NCBI RefSeq assembly: GCF_022846255.1
Contig: NZ_AP025682.1
Source: Escherichia coli
GTDB taxonomy: Bacteria > Pseudomonadota > Gammaproteobacteria > Enterobacterales > Enterobacteriaceae
Strand: one strand, 5' to 3'
Length of the DNA: 64,000 nucleotides
Position numbers and translations under genes: made by a program. This document shows positions 1 through 9,689 of this stretch, in pieces; within the stretch, counting starts at the first letter, position 1, and the number at the start of each line of letters is the position of its first letter. The notes under the pieces are model-generated. The model worked only from the letters and a program-made list of their open reading frames with translations, was not told where the DNA came from and ran no database searches.

Positions 1-40
1 GCTGATGATTAAGGCTATGCAGGAAGGATTCGCGGGATAA
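1..40 (+). CDS. 3' end of an upstream gene (partial, ...LMIKAMQEGFAG*); possibly the partner kinase subunit of the following PTS phosphotransfer protein
   Basis: Open frame running off the window start and ending at TAA 38-40, three bases before the next start codon; identity is not determinable from 13 codons. Confidence 0.25.
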   Translation, partial: LMIKAMQEGFAG

Positions 41-43
41 ATT

Positions 44-2425
44 ATGGTTGCCATTGTTATTGTTTCTCATAGTCTACGTCTCGCCCAGGGGATTGAGGAA
101 TTAGCACTACAGATGTCTGGAGGGGACGTTCCTCTGGCCATTGCTGCAGGTATTGATGATCCGCAACATCCGATTGGCACTGATGCTATTGCCATTATGT
201 CTGCGATTGAATCGGTCTGGTCACCGGATGGCGTTCTGGTACTCATGGATATGGGCAGTGCGCTGCTTAGTACCGAGATGGCGCTGGAGCTGCTTTCTGA
301 AGAGCAAAGAAGTGCAATTTATCTGCTCGCCGCCCCTGTAGTGGAAGGTGCCATGTCAGCGGTAACGTCTGCCGCAGCGGGGCTTTCGGTGACGGAGATT
401 ATCGCTGAAGTGGATCTTGCGCTGTGCGCTAAACAGCAGCAGCTCATGCCATCCCCGCCTGCAGGCGAGGTTATTCCAGCAATATCACCAGTCAATCATT
501 CCGGTGAATGGCAAACTTTTTGCTGGACGATATGTAATCCCCACGGCATTCATGCTCGTCCGGCAGCCAGCATCCTGAAAGTATCAGCACAATATTCGGC
601 AAACATTATCGTCATCAAAGGCGATAAACGCGCCAGCACCCGCAGTCTCAACGAACTGGCAATGCTGGGCGTCCGCTGTGGCGATGAAATCATCTTCCAG
701 GCCGAAGGCACCGATGCCAGTGACGCTCTCAAGGCAATTGAAACGTTGGCGAAAAATCATTTTGGTGAAGCTCACCTGCTCGCTTCTTCAGAGATTCCGC
801 TAACGGAAACGCCGGTGGTCAGCGCCCCTGTCGATGGCGCAATATCAGGCTTGTCAGTACAAAATGGTATCGCTATTGGTCCTGTTAAATGGTTTACCTG
901 CGAACGACCAGAAATTACGCAGCGCACCGTCGATTCTCCGCAAGAAGAGCTGTCGCGAATCGAGTCTGCTATCGACATTGTTGTTTGTGAACTTGCCGAT
1001 AAAGCGGCAGGCCCTGAAGGCGATATTTTTGCCGCCCATAAAATGATGCTTGAAGATCCAGAGATTAACCGGCAATTACAGCAACGTCTGGCAAAGGGCA
1101 AACAGGCGGAATTCGCATGGTTAGAAGTCATGCAGGCATTAGCAGAGCAATATTGTCAGGCGGAAACACTGTATTTACGTGAACGCGAGGCAGATATCCG
1201 TGACCTTACACGTCAGGTACTGAACCAGCTTTGCGGGGTAAGTGAACAACACTTTATCACTACCGCGCCCTGCATTTTGTTAGCCAACGATCTGTTGCCA
1301 TCACAGATAACCAGCCTGAATAAAGCACACATTCTTGGCATTTGTCTTCATAACGGCGGAACAACTTCACATACAGCGATCCTTGCCAGAGCAATGGGAA
1401 TCCCCGCTATTGTGAAAGCGGCGATTACCCCGCAAAACGTCCGCGATAACGACACGGTCATTCTTGATGGTGAAACAGGCCGTTTGTGGCTACAGCCGGA
1501 TGAGGTCACCCGCCTGGATTTACTGCAACGCGCCGAAGCATGGCGGCAACAAAGGGATCGTCAGTTAGCTGATGCCATGCTGCCCGCTGTCACGCAAGGT
1601 GGGCGTAAAATCAGCGTGCTGGCGAATATTGGTGATCTGCAAGACATTGATGCCGCACTGTCTCACGGCGCTGAGGGCGTTGGCTTGCTGCGTACCGAGT
1701 TTTTATTCCACGATTCTGCGACATTACCTGATGAGGAAGAGCAGTTCCGTGTGTATTGTTCTGTCGCCCGAGTTTTTGGCGACAAACCAGTCACGATCCG
1801 GACTCTGGACATTGGTGGTGATAAACCGCTACCTTCATACCCTTTACCCACAGAGGACAACCCCTTCCTGGGACTTCGAGGTATCCGGTTGTGTCTGGCG
1901 CATCCACAAATATTTATTCCTCAATTGCGCGCACTTATCAGGGCCGGGAAAGAATACCCAACGTTGCAAATTATGCTGCCGATGGTTTCAACGCTCGAGG
2001 AGGTCAGGGCCGTCAAAACATTGATACATGCTCAGGCAAAACTGCTGGAACTTACTGCAGAAAATCTTCCGGCGCTGGGAATTATGATTGAGGTTCCTGC
2101 CGCAGTCATGATTGCAGACAAATTAGCCAGTGAAGTCGATTTCTTTTCCATCGGCACCAACGATCTGACGCAATATATTATGGCGGCAGACAGAGGAAAT
2201 AGCACCGTCGCGAAACTGGTCGATTATTGTAATGACGCGGTGATTAACGCTATTGCTATGGTGTGTCAGGCCGGACGTAATAATGAAATTCCGGTCAGTA
2301 TGTGCGGCGAAATGGCTGGAGATATCCAGCAAACAGCACGACTGCTCACCATGGGGATTGATAAGCTCAGTGCCAGTCCATCCCGGCTTCCGGCCTTGAA
2401 AGCAGCAATCAGAATCTCCCACTAA
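44..2425 (+). CDS. PTS multiphosphoryl transfer protein, DhaM-like EIIA domain + HPr domain + Enzyme I domain fusion (793 aa)
   Basis: N-terminus MVAIVIVSHS...GIDDPQHPIGTDA resembles the DhaM N-terminal domain; HPr-type His motif NPHGIHARPAA; Enzyme I active-site motif GGTTSHTAILARAMGIPA and PEP-utilising barrel motifs (RTLDIGGDKP, NDLTQY). Confidence 0.8.
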   Translation: MVAIVIVSHSLRLAQGIEELALQMSGGDVPLAIAAGIDDPQHPIGTDAIAIMSAIESVWSPDGVLVLMDMGSALLSTEMALELLSEEQRSAIYLLAAPVVEGAMSAVTSAAAGLSVTEIIAEVDLALCAKQQQLMPSPPAGEVIPAISPVNHSGEWQTFCWTICNPHGIHARPAASILKVSAQYSANIIVIKGDKRASTRSLNELAMLGVRCGDEIIFQAEGTDASDALKAIETLAKNHFGEAHLLASSEIPLTETPVVSAPVDGAISGLSVQNGIAIGPVKWFTCERPEITQRTVDSPQEELSRIESAIDIVVCELADKAAGPEGDIFAAHKMMLEDPEINRQLQQRLAKGKQAEFAWLEVMQALAEQYCQAETLYLREREADIRDLTRQVLNQLCGVSEQHFITTAPCILLANDLLPSQITSLNKAHILGICLHNGGTTSHTAILARAMGIPAIVKAAITPQNVRDNDTVILDGETGRLWLQPDEVTRLDLLQRAEAWRQQRDRQLADAMLPAVTQGGRKISVLANIGDLQDIDAALSHGAEGVGLLRTEFLFHDSATLPDEEEQFRVYCSVARVFGDKPVTIRTLDIGGDKPLPSYPLPTEDNPFLGLRGIRLCLAHPQIFIPQLRALIRAGKEYPTLQIMLPMVSTLEEVRAVKTLIHAQAKLLELTAENLPALGIMIEVPAAVMIADKLASEVDFFSIGTNDLTQYIMAADRGNSTVAKLVDYCNDAVINAIAMVCQAGRNNEIPVSMCGEMAGDIQQTARLLTMGIDKLSASPSRLPALKAAIRISH

Positions 2426-2472
2426 TTGTGACCTAACGCGATACGTCTTGCGCGTATCGCGTTTCCCGTCAT

Positions 2473-2865
2473 TTACTGCGGCATCGTGCGATGCCAGTTC
2501 CCCTTCTGCCAGACCAGGTCAAACGTTAGCGGCTCATCATCGTGGTACAGCATCATCTCCAGACTAATGGCCAACTCGTGGCAATAGGCTTCTTTCAGAT
2601 TGACCTGCAATGCCGCAATACGTGGCTCATGAAATAAAAGCGCGGAACGTAACTGGCGGCAATACCAACTCTGGAGAAGCTTGTCGCTCTGATTATGCCC
2701 TTGCCACTCAGGCATGCCTGAAACAAGTAATATTGGTAGCGGTGAATGGGGAGAACTAAAAAGTTGAAAGAGATCCCGGCATACGGAATCACGCAGCGAT
2801 AACGTATTGTTTCCTGTACTTTCAGGTAATACCGTCTGAACTGATTGGCGCATCATTTTGCGCAC
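2473..2865 (-). CDS. iraD: Anti-adaptor protein IraD-like (130 aa)
   Basis: 130-aa ORF consistent in length and sequence with my recollection of E. coli IraD/YjiD; sits beside uxuR as in K-12, but yjiC is not between them. Confidence 0.55.
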
Positions 2866-3232
2866 TCCTGACGTTTAGTGGCATCTGTATCCTGCCCTGG
2901 CTGCCGGACACCACTGGGTTGATGCTCATATTCCATAATCATTCCTTTATGCTCATTGCGTCCCTGGCACTTTCATAAAGGATTTATAAGATCCGCCAAA
3001 GATAAAACACTGTACAGAAAAGAATATCCACTGACTTTTAATTTAAAAAGGTATCATTTGACAAAAGTCATTAAACATAACGGAAATACGTTAACATATT
3101 CTGATTATTCCGAATAATTTCTCAGCGTTAAACTGATATATAATTATTCCAAAACAATATATCGTACGTAATGATTAAATTACGCATAATATATTCTGCA
3201 GAACATAATTAACTATTCAGGGAACATACATA

Positions 3233-3256
3233 GTGCAAAGCGGTTAAACTTTGCAC
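3233..3256 (-). terminator. Weak hairpin downstream of uxuR (gtgcaaag-N8-ctttgcac)
   Basis: Inverted repeat immediately 3' of the uxuR stop on the minus strand; the U-tract is poor. Confidence 0.3.
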
Positions 3257-3269
3257 CAGAAATGAGGGA

Positions 3270-4043
3270 TCAGGCGTCGACTTTATCCAGCGGCCATGAA
3301 TCAAACAGATAGCCATCGAAATAGATGTCATCAACATTAGAGAACTCCAGCAAGCGCTGCTTCACATTCTCCAGATGCTGCCACATTGCCAGCTTCGCCG
3401 CTCGGGCATCTTTTTTGATTAACGCGGCGAGGATCTGTTTGTGATCGCCCAACCACTCTTTGCGATACAGGCTGTCATCCAGGTGGCTGTGCAACTGGAT
3501 CCACATTGGATTGTTTTCCCGCCACTGCCAGGACTGACGGAATAACTCCACCAGCATGCTGTTATGCGTTGCTTCGGCAATAGCGAGATGGAACTGCATG
3601 TCACCGCTTTCGCTGCTGCCCGGCGCGCTGGAAGCCAGTTCACGCTCTTCCAGTTGCAATGCCTGGCGCATTTTGACGATATCTTCGCGGGTAGCCTGCA
3701 GGGCGGCAAACTCGGCGATGTTACTTTCCAGTAACTGCCGCGCCTGTAACAGCTCAAAAGGACCGGCATCGTTGCAGACGTTGGCATCCGGACTGTCTGC
3801 GTTGTGGCTGCCTGAGCTATCAAGAACATAGATACCTGCACCCCGACGCACTTCCACCAGCCCTTTGATCTCCAGCATGATCAGCGCTTCACGTACCACC
3901 GTCCGCGTGACATCAAGCATTTCTGCAATTTCACGCTCCGGTGGCAGCCGTTCGCCAGGATTGTACGGCGTCTTTATGATCAGATCGCGGATCATCGCCC
4001 CGACTTCCTGGTAAGGTCTTTGCGCAGAGGTGGCAGATTTCAT
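3270..4043 (-). CDS. uxuR: GntR-family transcriptional repressor UxuR (257 aa)
   Basis: Full-length ORF with N-terminal GntR HTH (PGERLPPEREIAEMLDVTRTVVREAL); length and sequence match recalled K-12 UxuR; conserved uxuA-uxuB-uxuR synteny. Confidence 0.9.
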   Translation of the reverse strand: MKSATSAQRPYQEVGAMIRDLIIKTPYNPGERLPPEREIAEMLDVTRTVVREALIMLEIKGLVEVRRGAGIYVLDSSGSHNADSPDANVCNDAGPFELLQARQLLESNIAEFAALQATREDIVKMRQALQLEERELASSAPGSSESGDMQFHLAIAEATHNSMLVELFRQSWQWRENNPMWIQLHSHLDDSLYRKEWLGDHKQILAALIKKDARAAKLAMWQHLENVKQRLLEFSNVDDIYFDGYLFDSWPLDKVDA

Positions 4044-4080
4044 GGTGTTGTGTCCGTTAGGTGCGGTTAATCAAATTTTT

Positions 4081-4114
<34 letters not shown>

Positions 4115-4257
4115 AACGGGCAATTTTACGGCACCCGTTAAGCTCAAACTATACCATTAGCACTGGATGTTGGCACGTACAGGTGGGCAAAAAAACGAAA
4201 ACTGGTCAACCAAATATTAGTTTGATTGACCAGTAAGTCTGTAGGGTAATCAGTTAG

Positions 4258-5718
4258 TTACAGCGCAGCCACACACTCGCGCGCACCGCGCTCACACAGC
4301 TGCTGATATGCCGCCGTCACCGCGCCGACAAAGTCGGCGTTCTGCGGCAGATCATCGGCAAAGATACCGCTCAGGCCCAGCAGTGCTTTCACGCGGTCTG
4401 CACCCTGATACTGCGCGTTGATCTTCTGGAACTCCGCCAGCATCGGGTCAACCACGTCAATGGCATTACCCTGCTCATCCACGCCCTGGGTGTAGCGCAT
4501 CCAGCCCGCCACGCCCAGCGCCAGGTGACGCCAGCTGCCGCCGTTTTGCAGGTGCAGACGCACAGGGTCCAGCAGACGCTGCGGTAACTTCTGGCTGCCG
4601 TCCATCGCAATCTGCCAGGTGCGGTGACGCAGAGACGGGTTGCTGAAACGCTCGATCAGCAGCGTCGCATAGGCGTTCAGGTCCGTACCTTCCGGCATCG
4701 ACAGCGTTGGCGCTTGTTCCTGCATCATCAGGGCAAAGGCCGCTTTGCGATAATCCGGATTAGTCATGGTGTCGGCAATAGTTTCATAGCCACCGAGGTA
4801 ACCGAGGTACGCCAGGAAAGAGTGGCTACCGTTCAGCATACGCAGCTTCATCATTTCGAACGGTACAACATCCGCAACAAACTGCGCGCCGACTTTATCC
4901 CAGTCCGGGCGACCATTAACGAAGTTATCTTCAATCACCCACTGACGGAACGGTTCGCAGGCAATGGCGCACGGGTCGTAAACACCCAGCTGGTCAGCAA
5001 TTTCCTGTAAGGTTTCTGGCGTCGCCGCCGGAACGATGCGGTCAACCATGGTGCACGGGAAGGTGACGTTTTCTTCAATCCATGCCGCCAGCTGTGGATC
5101 ACGCGCCTGAGCCAGCCCAAGAACGGCAACCTTCGCCACATGACCGTTTTCACGCACGTTGTCGCAGGACATCACCGTAAATGCTTTCAGCCCTTTTTCA
5201 CGACGCAGACGCAGGGCTTCTACGATGTAACCAATCGCGGACTTCGGCGCAGTCGGGTTTTCCAGATCGTGCTTAATCAGCGGATTATTGAGATCCAGCT
5301 GACCGCTTGCCGCATCGGCGCAATAACCTTTCTCTGTGACCGTCAGGGAGACAATCGCCGTCTGCGGACGCGCCATCGCGTTGAGAATACCTTCACAACC
5401 GTCGATTTCCGGATGCAGGGCTTCTTTCATTGAACCGATAATTTTCAGCTCGGTGCTTTCCGCGCCTTTTTCCGCCACGGTGTACAGCAGTTGCTGTTTT
5501 TTCAGGTTTTCGATCAGCACGCGGTCGTTGCCTGGCATCAGGTTAACTTCGCAGATACCCCAGTCGCTGTCGGTGCTTTCCAGCAGATGATGGGTGTACA
5601 GCGCCTGGTGCGCGCGGTGAAACGCCCCGCAACCGAGATGCACAATGCGTGATTCCAGACGAGAATGATCCCATGACGGGCGGGCAACCGGCAGATTGCT
5701 GTCAACAATAGTAGTCAT
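4258..5718 (-). CDS. uxuB: D-mannonate oxidoreductase (fructuronate reductase), 486 aa
   Basis: 486-aa ORF of the mannitol dehydrogenase family; same length as K-12 UxuB; positioned between uxuA and uxuR. Confidence 0.9.
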   Translation of the reverse strand: MTTIVDSNLPVARPSWDHSRLESRIVHLGCGAFHRAHQALYTHHLLESTDSDWGICEVNLMPGNDRVLIENLKKQQLLYTVAEKGAESTELKIIGSMKEALHPEIDGCEGILNAMARPQTAIVSLTVTEKGYCADAASGQLDLNNPLIKHDLENPTAPKSAIGYIVEALRLRREKGLKAFTVMSCDNVRENGHVAKVAVLGLAQARDPQLAAWIEENVTFPCTMVDRIVPAATPETLQEIADQLGVYDPCAIACEPFRQWVIEDNFVNGRPDWDKVGAQFVADVVPFEMMKLRMLNGSHSFLAYLGYLGGYETIADTMTNPDYRKAAFALMMQEQAPTLSMPEGTDLNAYATLLIERFSNPSLRHRTWQIAMDGSQKLPQRLLDPVRLHLQNGGSWRHLALGVAGWMRYTQGVDEQGNAIDVVDPMLAEFQKINAQYQGADRVKALLGLSGIFADDLPQNADFVGAVTAAYQQLCERGARECVAAL

Positions 5719-5798
5719 CGTAAACTCCAGAATCCGTCTTCAGAGAGTGACGGCAAGGAAGAAGGAACCGGCACGGCGCGCAGCCATGCCGGTGGATA

Positions 5799-6983
5799 TT
5801 AACGGCTAAAGAAAGCGCGCTGGATCGCCAGTTCGACACCGCGAACTTCGGCCAGGCCTTTCAGACGACCAATTGCGGAGTAACCTGGGTTGGTTTTCTT
5901 CTTCAGGTCGTCCAGCATCTGATGACCGTGGTCCGGACGCATCGGGATCAGGTCTTCTTTGCCTTCCGCTTTACGACGGTGTTCTTCTTCAACAATCGCT
6001 TTCACCACTTCGTACATATCAACGTCACCGTTCAGGTGCGCCGCTTCGTGGAAGGTTTTCGGGTTATCTTCACGCATGGTGGAGCGCAGATGGGTGAAGT
6101 AAATACGCGGACCGAACTGCTTGATCATATCAACCAGATCGTTGTCAGCACGCACGCCGTAGGAACCGGTGCACATGGTGAAACCGTTCGCCATGCTGTT
6201 TACGGTATCAACCATCCACTGCATATCTTCAATGGTGGAAACAATGCGCGGCAGGCCGAGGATCGGGCGCGGCGGATCGTCCGGGTGAACCGCCATACGC
6301 ACGCCAACTTCTTCAGCAACCGGAATAATCGCTTTCAGGAAGACAGCGAAGTTTTCGCGCAGTTTGGCTTTGTCGATATCTTTGTACAGCTCCAGGTGCT
6401 TACGGAACTGGTCGAGGGTATACCCTTCTTCCGCACCTGGCAGACCGGCAATGATGTTACGGGTCAGACGCGCTTTGTCTTCGTCGCTCATGGTGGCGAA
6501 GCGTTCAGCTGCCTGAGCAATTTCTTCTTCGGTGTAATCCGCTTCCGCGCCTGGACGCTTCAGGATATGCATTTCGAATGCAGCGAATTCGATCTGGTCG
6601 AAGCGCAGAGCTTTGGAGCCGTCTGGCAGCACGTATTCGAGGTCAGTACGGGTCCAGTCGAGCACCGGCATGAAGTTGTAGCACACGGTGCGAATGCCGC
6701 ACTGCGCCAGGTTGCGCAGAGTCTGCTGATAGTTAGCGATCCACTGCTCATAGTTGCCAGTGTGGGTTTTGATATCTTCGTGAATTGGCACGCTTTCTAC
6801 GACAGACCACACCAGGCCTGCGTCTTCAACGATCGCCTTGCGTTTGAGGATCTCTTCTACGGACCATACTTCGCCGTTCGGGATATGGTGCAGCGCGGTA
6901 ACCACGCCAGTTGCGCCCGCCTGACGGACATCAGCTAAAGAAACCGGATCGTTTGGGCCGTACCAGCGCCAGGTCTGTTCCAT
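5799..6983 (-). CDS. uxuA: Mannonate dehydratase UxuA (394 aa from the internal Met; track ORF extends to 7013)
   Basis: Protein from [23 protein letters not shown]... matches recalled K-12 UxuA along its length; the upstream in-frame Met ([10 protein letters not shown]) is probably not the native start. Confidence 0.9.
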
Positions 6984-7322
6984 GATTTTTCCTCTTTCAC
7001 ATAGTGGGTTCAACAGCGAAGAGACGCGGAACCCCGGAGTTGTTTAGGTATCCGGATGAACAACCCGGCCACAGCCGTAGCGTCGCATCGGATGAGATGG
7101 CGTATAAGTTCTACCTTTTGGTAAGACATGTCAACCCGAATTCTGAAATTGGTTAACCACATCACAAGAATTTTACTCTCACGGTTGTTGCTGCAAATTG
7201 CAGCAAAGGGTAATCGATGGTTATTGATCAGAGGATGTGACATTCATCGCAATAATGGTTGACCAATTTGCATAACATGTCGCCCAAAATAACAACGGTT
7301 CAACCAGGTAAGGTAAAACGTT

Positions 7323-7539
7323 ATGCATGTGCTTAACATTCTCTGGGTGGTATTCGGCATTGGCCTGATGCTGGTACTGACAATGACCGCAGGTTCAGAC
7401 ACATTCCCTACATTAGCAATGCCTCTTAGATTACTTTGACCTGTCAGTAAAAGACACGTTGAAAACCTGGGGTCTGCTGGAGCTGGTCAACTCCGTGGTT
7501 GGGCTGATTATTGTGCTGATTATTAGCATGGTAGCGTAA
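7323..7539 (+). pseudogene. gntP: gntP-family gluconate permease remnant with a large internal deletion (N-terminal ~38 codons and C-terminal ~33 codons, out of frame)
   Basis: Start region MHVLNILWVVFGIGLMLVLTMTAG hits TGA at 7437; a different frame from 7441 encodes ...[28 protein letters not shown], resembling the GntP-family C-terminus; K-12 carries a full ~1.3 kb gntP between fimH and uxuA. Confidence 0.55.
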
Positions 7540-7549
7540 AAGAGCACCT

Positions 7550-7580
7550 GAGCCTGCCATTGGCAGGCTCTGTTCGGATT
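7550..7580 (+). terminator. Rho-independent terminator-like hairpin after the gntP remnant
   Basis: gagcctgcc-attg-ggcaggctc stem-loop followed by a T-containing tract (tgttcggattg). Confidence 0.4.
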
Positions 7581-7604
7581 GTCGGTAAAGTGCGCTTTGT
7601 TTAT

Positions 7605-7640
7605 GCCAGATGCGACGCTGACGCGTCTTATCTGGCCTAC
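7605..7640. repeat. REP-like palindromic element
   Basis: gccagatgcgacgctgacgcgtcttatctggcctac is a variant of the REP consensus; lies between the gntP remnant and the fimH 3' end. Confidence 0.5.
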
Positions 7641-7711
7641 AAAGGGCTAACGTGCAGGTTTTAGCTTCAGGTAATATTGCGTACCTGCATTAGCAATGCC
7701 CTGTGATTTCT

Positions 7712-8614
7712 TTATTGATAAACAAAAGTCACGCCAATAATCGATTGCACATTCCCTGCAGTCACCTGCCCTCCGGTACGTGCGTAATTTGCCGTTAATC
7801 CCAGACTTACCGCCGAAGTCCCTACTGCTCCTAACGATACCGTGTTATTCGCTGGAATAATCGTACCGTTGCGCGTCAACTGTACGCCGACGCCCTGCGC
7901 GGGTGAAAACGACGCGGTATTGGTGAAAATCGAGTTGCCCGCATCTGCGGTTGTGCCGGATAGGTAATACCCCAGGTTTTGGCTTTTCGCACAATAAACG
8001 GTAAGAGGAATCGGCACTGAACCAGGGTAGTCCGGCAGAGTAACGGTGACATCACGAGCAGAAACATCACAGCCGCCAGTGGGCACCACCACATCATTAT
8101 TGGCGTAAATATTCCACACAAACTGGAAATCATCGCTGTTATAGTTGTTGGTCTGTCGCAAAATAAGCACGGCAATTAATGAGCCAGCTTTAATCGCCAC
8201 TCCCCCCGCACTGCTCACCGGCGTCAAATAAAGCGCCACCGGCCACGGCTTATCCGTTCTCGAATTATAAACAACCCGCGGCGTTTCGCTGGTAGTAGGG
8301 AAAGGATAGCTACTGCCATTATATTTTACGGTCCCGGAAAAACTAGATAACACACCGCCATAAGCCGAACCTCGTTGCAGTGTGACATAGTCTGTAATGG
8401 TTTCTGGGTAATCGTTATGGCAAAAGATTTGCGTCGAAAGATCTACGACCAGGTTTTGCCCCACATTCACGGCAGGCGCAAGGTTTACATAAACATTGGC
8501 GCTGCCACCGCCAATAGGGATTGCGGTACCATTGGCGGTTTTACAGGCGAATGACCAGGCATTTACCGACCAGCCCATCAGCAGTACAGCAAACAGGGTA
8601 ATAACTCGTTTCAT
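7712..8614 (-). CDS. fimH: Type 1 fimbrial mannose-binding adhesin FimH (300 aa from MKRVITL)
   Basis: Near-identical to recalled FimH (signal peptide, FACKTANGTAIPIGGGSANVYVNLAP lectin domain, C-terminal ...GVTFVYQ); last gene of the fim operon. Confidence 0.95.
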   Translation of the reverse strand: MKRVITLFAVLLMGWSVNAWSFACKTANGTAIPIGGGSANVYVNLAPAVNVGQNLVVDLSTQIFCHNDYPETITDYVTLQRGSAYGGVLSSFSGTVKYNGSSYPFPTTSETPRVVYNSRTDKPWPVALYLTPVSSAGGVAIKAGSLIAVLILRQTNNYNSDDFQFVWNIYANNDVVVPTGGCDVSARDVTVTLPDYPGSVPIPLTVYCAKSQNLGYYLSGTTADAGNSIFTNTASFSPAQGVGVQLTRNGTIIPANNTVSLGAVGTSAVSLGLTANYARTGGQVTAGNVQSIIGVTFVYQ

Positions 8615-8633
8615 TACAATCATCTCTTTGGGT

Positions 8634-9137
8634 TCAGCTGTAGGTATAGGTGATGCTAATCACTGCCTGAATGGTTCCCTGAGTGGCTCCACCATTTACG
8701 GTCAATGCTCTGACCTGTAACGGGAAGTGCGCTGATTGTGAGGAATCATCCACCTGAACTGTTTTGGTTGCGCCAGTATTCAATGTGTTGCCACTGTCAT
8801 CCTGTAGCTCTAACTGGATGTTTTGCGCGGTCCCCTGATTTTTATAATATCCGGTACTGTCGGCTGCCCCGCTGAAGCTGGCAGTGACCCTCGACGTTCC
8901 CACCGGACAATGAGTCAACTCAAGCGCAACATCATGCCAGGCCGATGCCGCCCCGGCAGACATCAGACTGAAAGAATAAAGATCGCCGAGATCTACCGTG
9001 GCATTGGTGGTGGAAACCGTACACGGTTTGGCGACGACCTTACCGTTAACCGTGATGGTGACATCGGCTGCCTGTATCGTCGCACTTGCGAGCGCCAATA
9101 TTGCCGCCAATACATACCCACGTTTGCACCATTTCAT
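8634..9137 (-). CDS. fimG: Type 1 fimbrial minor subunit FimG
   Basis: 167-aa pilin-like protein starting MKWCKRGYVLAAILALASATIQA; fim operon synteny. Confidence 0.9.
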   Translation of the reverse strand: MKWCKRGYVLAAILALASATIQAADVTITVNGKVVAKPCTVSTTNATVDLGDLYSFSLMSAGAASAWHDVALELTHCPVGTSRVTASFSGAADSTGYYKNQGTAQNIQLELQDDSGNTLNTGATKTVQVDDSSQSAHFPLQVRALTVNGGATQGTIQAVISITYTYS

Positions 9138-9149
9138 GAGCATCTCCAG

Positions 9150-9680
9150 TTACTGATATTCAAGAGTGAAGGTAGCCGTGGCATTGATATGCCCCGCAGT
9201 GACAGGCACCTGTGTCGCCATTAGCCGGGCGTAAAAATTCAACGTATTTGGTTTACCCGGCGTCAGGGTCGTCCACGAAATCGCGGACGATGGGGCATTA
9301 AGGGGTATCTCATTTTGCTGCTCATTCAGAAGCTGTATTCCCAGTCCCGCAGCCGCTGACACCGTATTTTCAAGTGCAAGCAGGTTGGCATTGTGGCTAT
9401 CTGCAACGCCAGTAAACCCAACCTTTACGGCAGAAACAGCGTTACCACAGGGTGACAGCAAAATACGAAATGGAACGACAGGAGTCGTCGCACCAATGTT
9501 GTTAAATTGCTTCGCCGCGTTTTCCATCAGATCAACAGTAAAATTGGTTGATTCAGCGGCCACACTACAGCCATTATCTCTGACATAGCCGCGGATAGTA
9601 ATCGTGCTATCCGCAGCCAAAGCGTGACTTACCGCCAGCCACAAAAAAGCGCAAAGAAGATAAAAAGGTTTGTTTCTCAT
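9150..9680 (-). CDS. fimF: Type 1 fimbrial minor subunit FimF
   Basis: 176-aa pilin-like protein starting [22 protein letters not shown]; fim operon synteny. Confidence 0.9.
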   Translation of the reverse strand: MRNKPFYLLCAFLWLAVSHALAADSTITIRGYVRDNGCSVAAESTNFTVDLMENAAKQFNNIGATTPVVPFRILLSPCGNAVSAVKVGFTGVADSHNANLLALENTVSAAAGLGIQLLNEQQNEIPLNAPSSAISWTTLTPGKPNTLNFYARLMATQVPVTAGHINATATFTLEYQ

Positions 9681-9689
9681 CACGCCCCC

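Noticed and set aside
5922-6938. 338-aa plus-strand ORF antisense to uxuA
   Set aside because: Lies entirely inside the well-supported uxuA gene on the opposite strand and has a low-complexity, codon-shadow composition; treated as a spurious antisense frame.
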